IMG/VR virus record: IMGVR_UViG_3300045988_094583
Span: 1 to 22,928 of that record
Source: a virus
DNA: 22,928 bases
Reading direction: 5' to 3' (one strand)
Shown here: positions 21,515 through 22,928 of the stretch, one piece after another
Numbering within the stretch: position 1 is the first letter of the stretch
How the letters are laid out: every line of letters starts with the position of its first letter
Made by a program: the position numbers and the translations under genes
Notes under the pieces: model-generated
What the model saw: the letters and a program-made list of their open reading frames with translations, nothing else
Told to the model about the DNA's origin: nothing
Databases searched by the model: none

Positions 21515-22401
21515 TGGTTCGCAAACCCAAACAATCTTATAGAGATTTAGTTACTTTGCTTGACAACAATGGGGTTAGTTTTGAGCTTATGTCTAAAGGT
21601 AAAGCTATTACTTTTTTAGAAAAGAACAACTACTACTATAAAGTCTCTGCTTTTCGAAAAAATTTTAAAAAGAAAAACGGGAAGTATCAACATCTTGATT
21701 TTCAGCATCTTGTAGATCTAGCCACAATTGATATGTATTTGCGAGACACGCTTCTGGATATTGCTATTAATGTTGAACATTTTATAAAAGTCGAGTTATC
21801 TAGGTTAATTACTAACAATCCTGATGAAGATGGTTATACAATTGTTCAGGAATTCGCTGTCAATTATCCAACATACTATAACAGCACCTATAATAGGTTC
21901 AGACAATCTCGATATCAAAAGGATATGTTTCTAAAACGTGGGTCTGATATCCCGATTTGGGCGTTGATGGAGCACATGGATTATGGTTGCTTGTTAAAAT
22001 TAGTAGGACTTTATTTTGATAAGTATAGGCCCAGCTCTCTTCAAAAGGCTGTGACATTGGGTGATAACTCGAGACATCTCAGAAACGCTTGCGCTCACAA
22101 TAATGTCCTGATGGTAAATGTATTTAGAGATGACGAAAAATTGAATAGAGTTAATGCCGTAGTTAATACGTTTGCTAGACAAAAGGGTGTTCTCAAATAT
22201 CGTCAATACCGCAAAGTGAATGACCTTCTTTCACTCATTGCCTTATCAAATGCCTACTGTTCCACTGCGGTTCAATATCATCAAGGTTTAAAGATCCAAA
22301 ATCTTATTGACCGAATGCAAAGATATGCATCTGATTACACAAAAACGCCAGAACTGGTTAAAATGTTTACTATTTTTTGTAAAATCATTGACAATAAGTA
22401 A
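21514..22401 (+). CDS. Abi_2-family (AbiD/AbiD1/AbiF-like) abortive-infection protein
   Basis: 295 aa. SYRDLVTLLDNNGVSF...AITFLEKNNYYYKVSAFRKNF...LDFQHLVDLATIDMYLRDTLLDIAINVEHFIKVEL follows the Abi_2 N-terminal pattern as I remember it. The ATG overlaps the CI stop (TGATG). SD AAGGGGA. Confidence 0.75.
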   Translation: MVRKPKQSYRDLVTLLDNNGVSFELMSKGKAITFLEKNNYYYKVSAFRKNFKKKNGKYQHLDFQHLVDLATIDMYLRDTLLDIAINVEHFIKVELSRLITNNPDEDGYTIVQEFAVNYPTYYNSTYNRFRQSRYQKDMFLKRGSDIPIWALMEHMDYGCLLKLVGLYFDKYRPSSLQKAVTLGDNSRHLRNACAHNNVLMVNVFRDDEKLNRVNAVVNTFARQKGVLKYRQYRKVNDLLSLIALSNAYCSTAVQYHQGLKIQNLIDRMQRYASDYTKTPELVKMFTIFCKIIDNK

Positions 22402-22498
22402 AACATTTTGTAAACTATTTTTAGTGGAAGACTGATTAAGTTCAGCGCCCTATGGCTTGTGCGTGCGCAAGTGTAAGGGAACAAAACGTCTAAAAAGG

Positions 22499-22536
22499 GC
22501 CAGTTCGTTTGTCGAATTGGCTCTTTTTGCTTTTTT
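22499..22536 (+). terminator. Rho-independent terminator after the Abi gene
   Basis: GCCAGUUCG / UUUGU / CGAAUUGGC (9 bp, one G-U) followed by TCTTTTTGCTTTTTT. Confidence 0.7.
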
Positions 22537-22559
22537 ATAGAAACTGGTACGAGGAAGCT

Positions 22560-22928
22560 ATGCCTGAAAAAGAATTACTTGAGCAGTTTAACGTGTCTCT
22601 TTGTGAGTTCGACTCTAGCCAGTGGCCACGAGATGGGTTTCTAGACCCTGTTAACCGTGTGGTTTACATCAATAGGGATTTGTCTGCCGAAAGGCGTTTA
22701 AAGGTCCTACTGCACGAGTTAGGGCACCTAGAACACAATCCTAAACACTACGAGCGTCTGCGAGAAAAATATGAGGCTCAAGCTAATAGAGACATGATCC
22801 GTGGATTGCTCGAAAACGAATCCCTGGACGACTTTAACTACGTCCACTTTATGGAAAAATATAATCTCACCACGATTTGTGATGAGACTTTTGTAAAAAA
22901 TGAGTATTTAAAAATTAAAGGAGATTGA
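22560..22928 (+). CDS. ImmA/IrrE-family zinc metalloprotease (anti-repressor protease type)
   Basis: Start chosen at ATG 22560 (MPEKELLEQF), with a GAGGAA SD. The track start at 22509 lies inside the terminator hairpin. HEXXH motif LLHELGHLEH. 122 aa. The stop is the last codon of the window. Confidence 0.8.
   Translation: MPEKELLEQFNVSLCEFDSSQWPRDGFLDPVNRVVYINRDLSAERRLKVLLHELGHLEHNPKHYERLREKYEAQANRDMIRGLLENESLDDFNYVHFMEKYNLTTICDETFVKNEYLKIKGD

Larger units (their letters stand above)
1..22928. mobile_element. Internal segment of a temperate siphovirus-type prophage, from lysogeny switch to head-tail joining genes. Neither end is in the window.
   Basis: Gene order matches a temperate phage: CI/Cro switch, antirepressor, replication, RecT recombination, ArpU, TerS/TerL, portal, capsid, connectors. 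Genes are tightly packed or overlapping with SD sequences. Confidence 0.92.

Noticed and set aside
22509-22559. The track's upstream start codons for several genes: 22509 for ImmA, 21128 for CI, 18835 for the adhesin, 9088 for the duplicated-module protein, and 10767, 9402, 7404 and 1367.
   Set aside because: Each extension lacks an SD. Each also runs through a terminator hairpin, a promoter -10 box or the preceding gene. An internal ATG with a good SD, and usually a start-stop overlap, is available in every case.
1-22928. Integrase, excisionase, attL/attR, lysis cassette and tail genes.
   Set aside because: None is present in the window. The prophage clearly continues beyond both edges, so nothing can be said about the integration site or the completeness of the element.

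Overview
This 22.9 kb window is the central part of a temperate siphovirus-type prophage from a low-GC Gram-positive host. The gene content looks streptococcal-phage-like. All family names come from motif recognition by eye, because no searches were possible. The right end holds the lysogeny switch. A Cro-like gene (-) and a CI-like gene (+) diverge from a 186-bp region with recognisable promoters and a repeated TGGGAAC operator motif. On the + strand, CI is followed by a translationally coupled Abi_2-type abortive-infection gene, a strong terminator and an ImmA-like HEXXH protease. Everything left of 20974 is one densely packed minus-strand lytic array. In order it contains: an antirepressor; five tiny early ORFs; an LPXTG-anchored MSCRAMM-like surface protein; a replication module (replisome organiser/DnaD with internal iterons, DnaC-like loader); a recombination module (RecT, PD-(D/E)XK exonuclease, a disrupted ssb, RusA); small and membrane-targeted accessory proteins; YopX; an ArpU-like late activator; then TerS, TerL, portal, minor head protein, scaffold, major capsid and head-tail connector genes. 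The points most worth a second look are: (1) the sortase-anchored adhesin-like gene embedded in the early lytic operon; (2) two look-alike plus-strand TGGTATAAT-hairpin-T-run mini-cassettes antisense to the leaders of the adhesin gene and of arpU; (3) the Abi gene wedged between CI and ImmA; (4) an ssb gene inactivated by an internal out-of-frame deletion; (5) a 126-bp composite inverted repeat and a tRNA acceptor/T-arm-like minihelix in unusually long non-coding gaps. No integrase, att site, lysis genes, rRNA, canonical tRNA or CRISPR array is present in the window.
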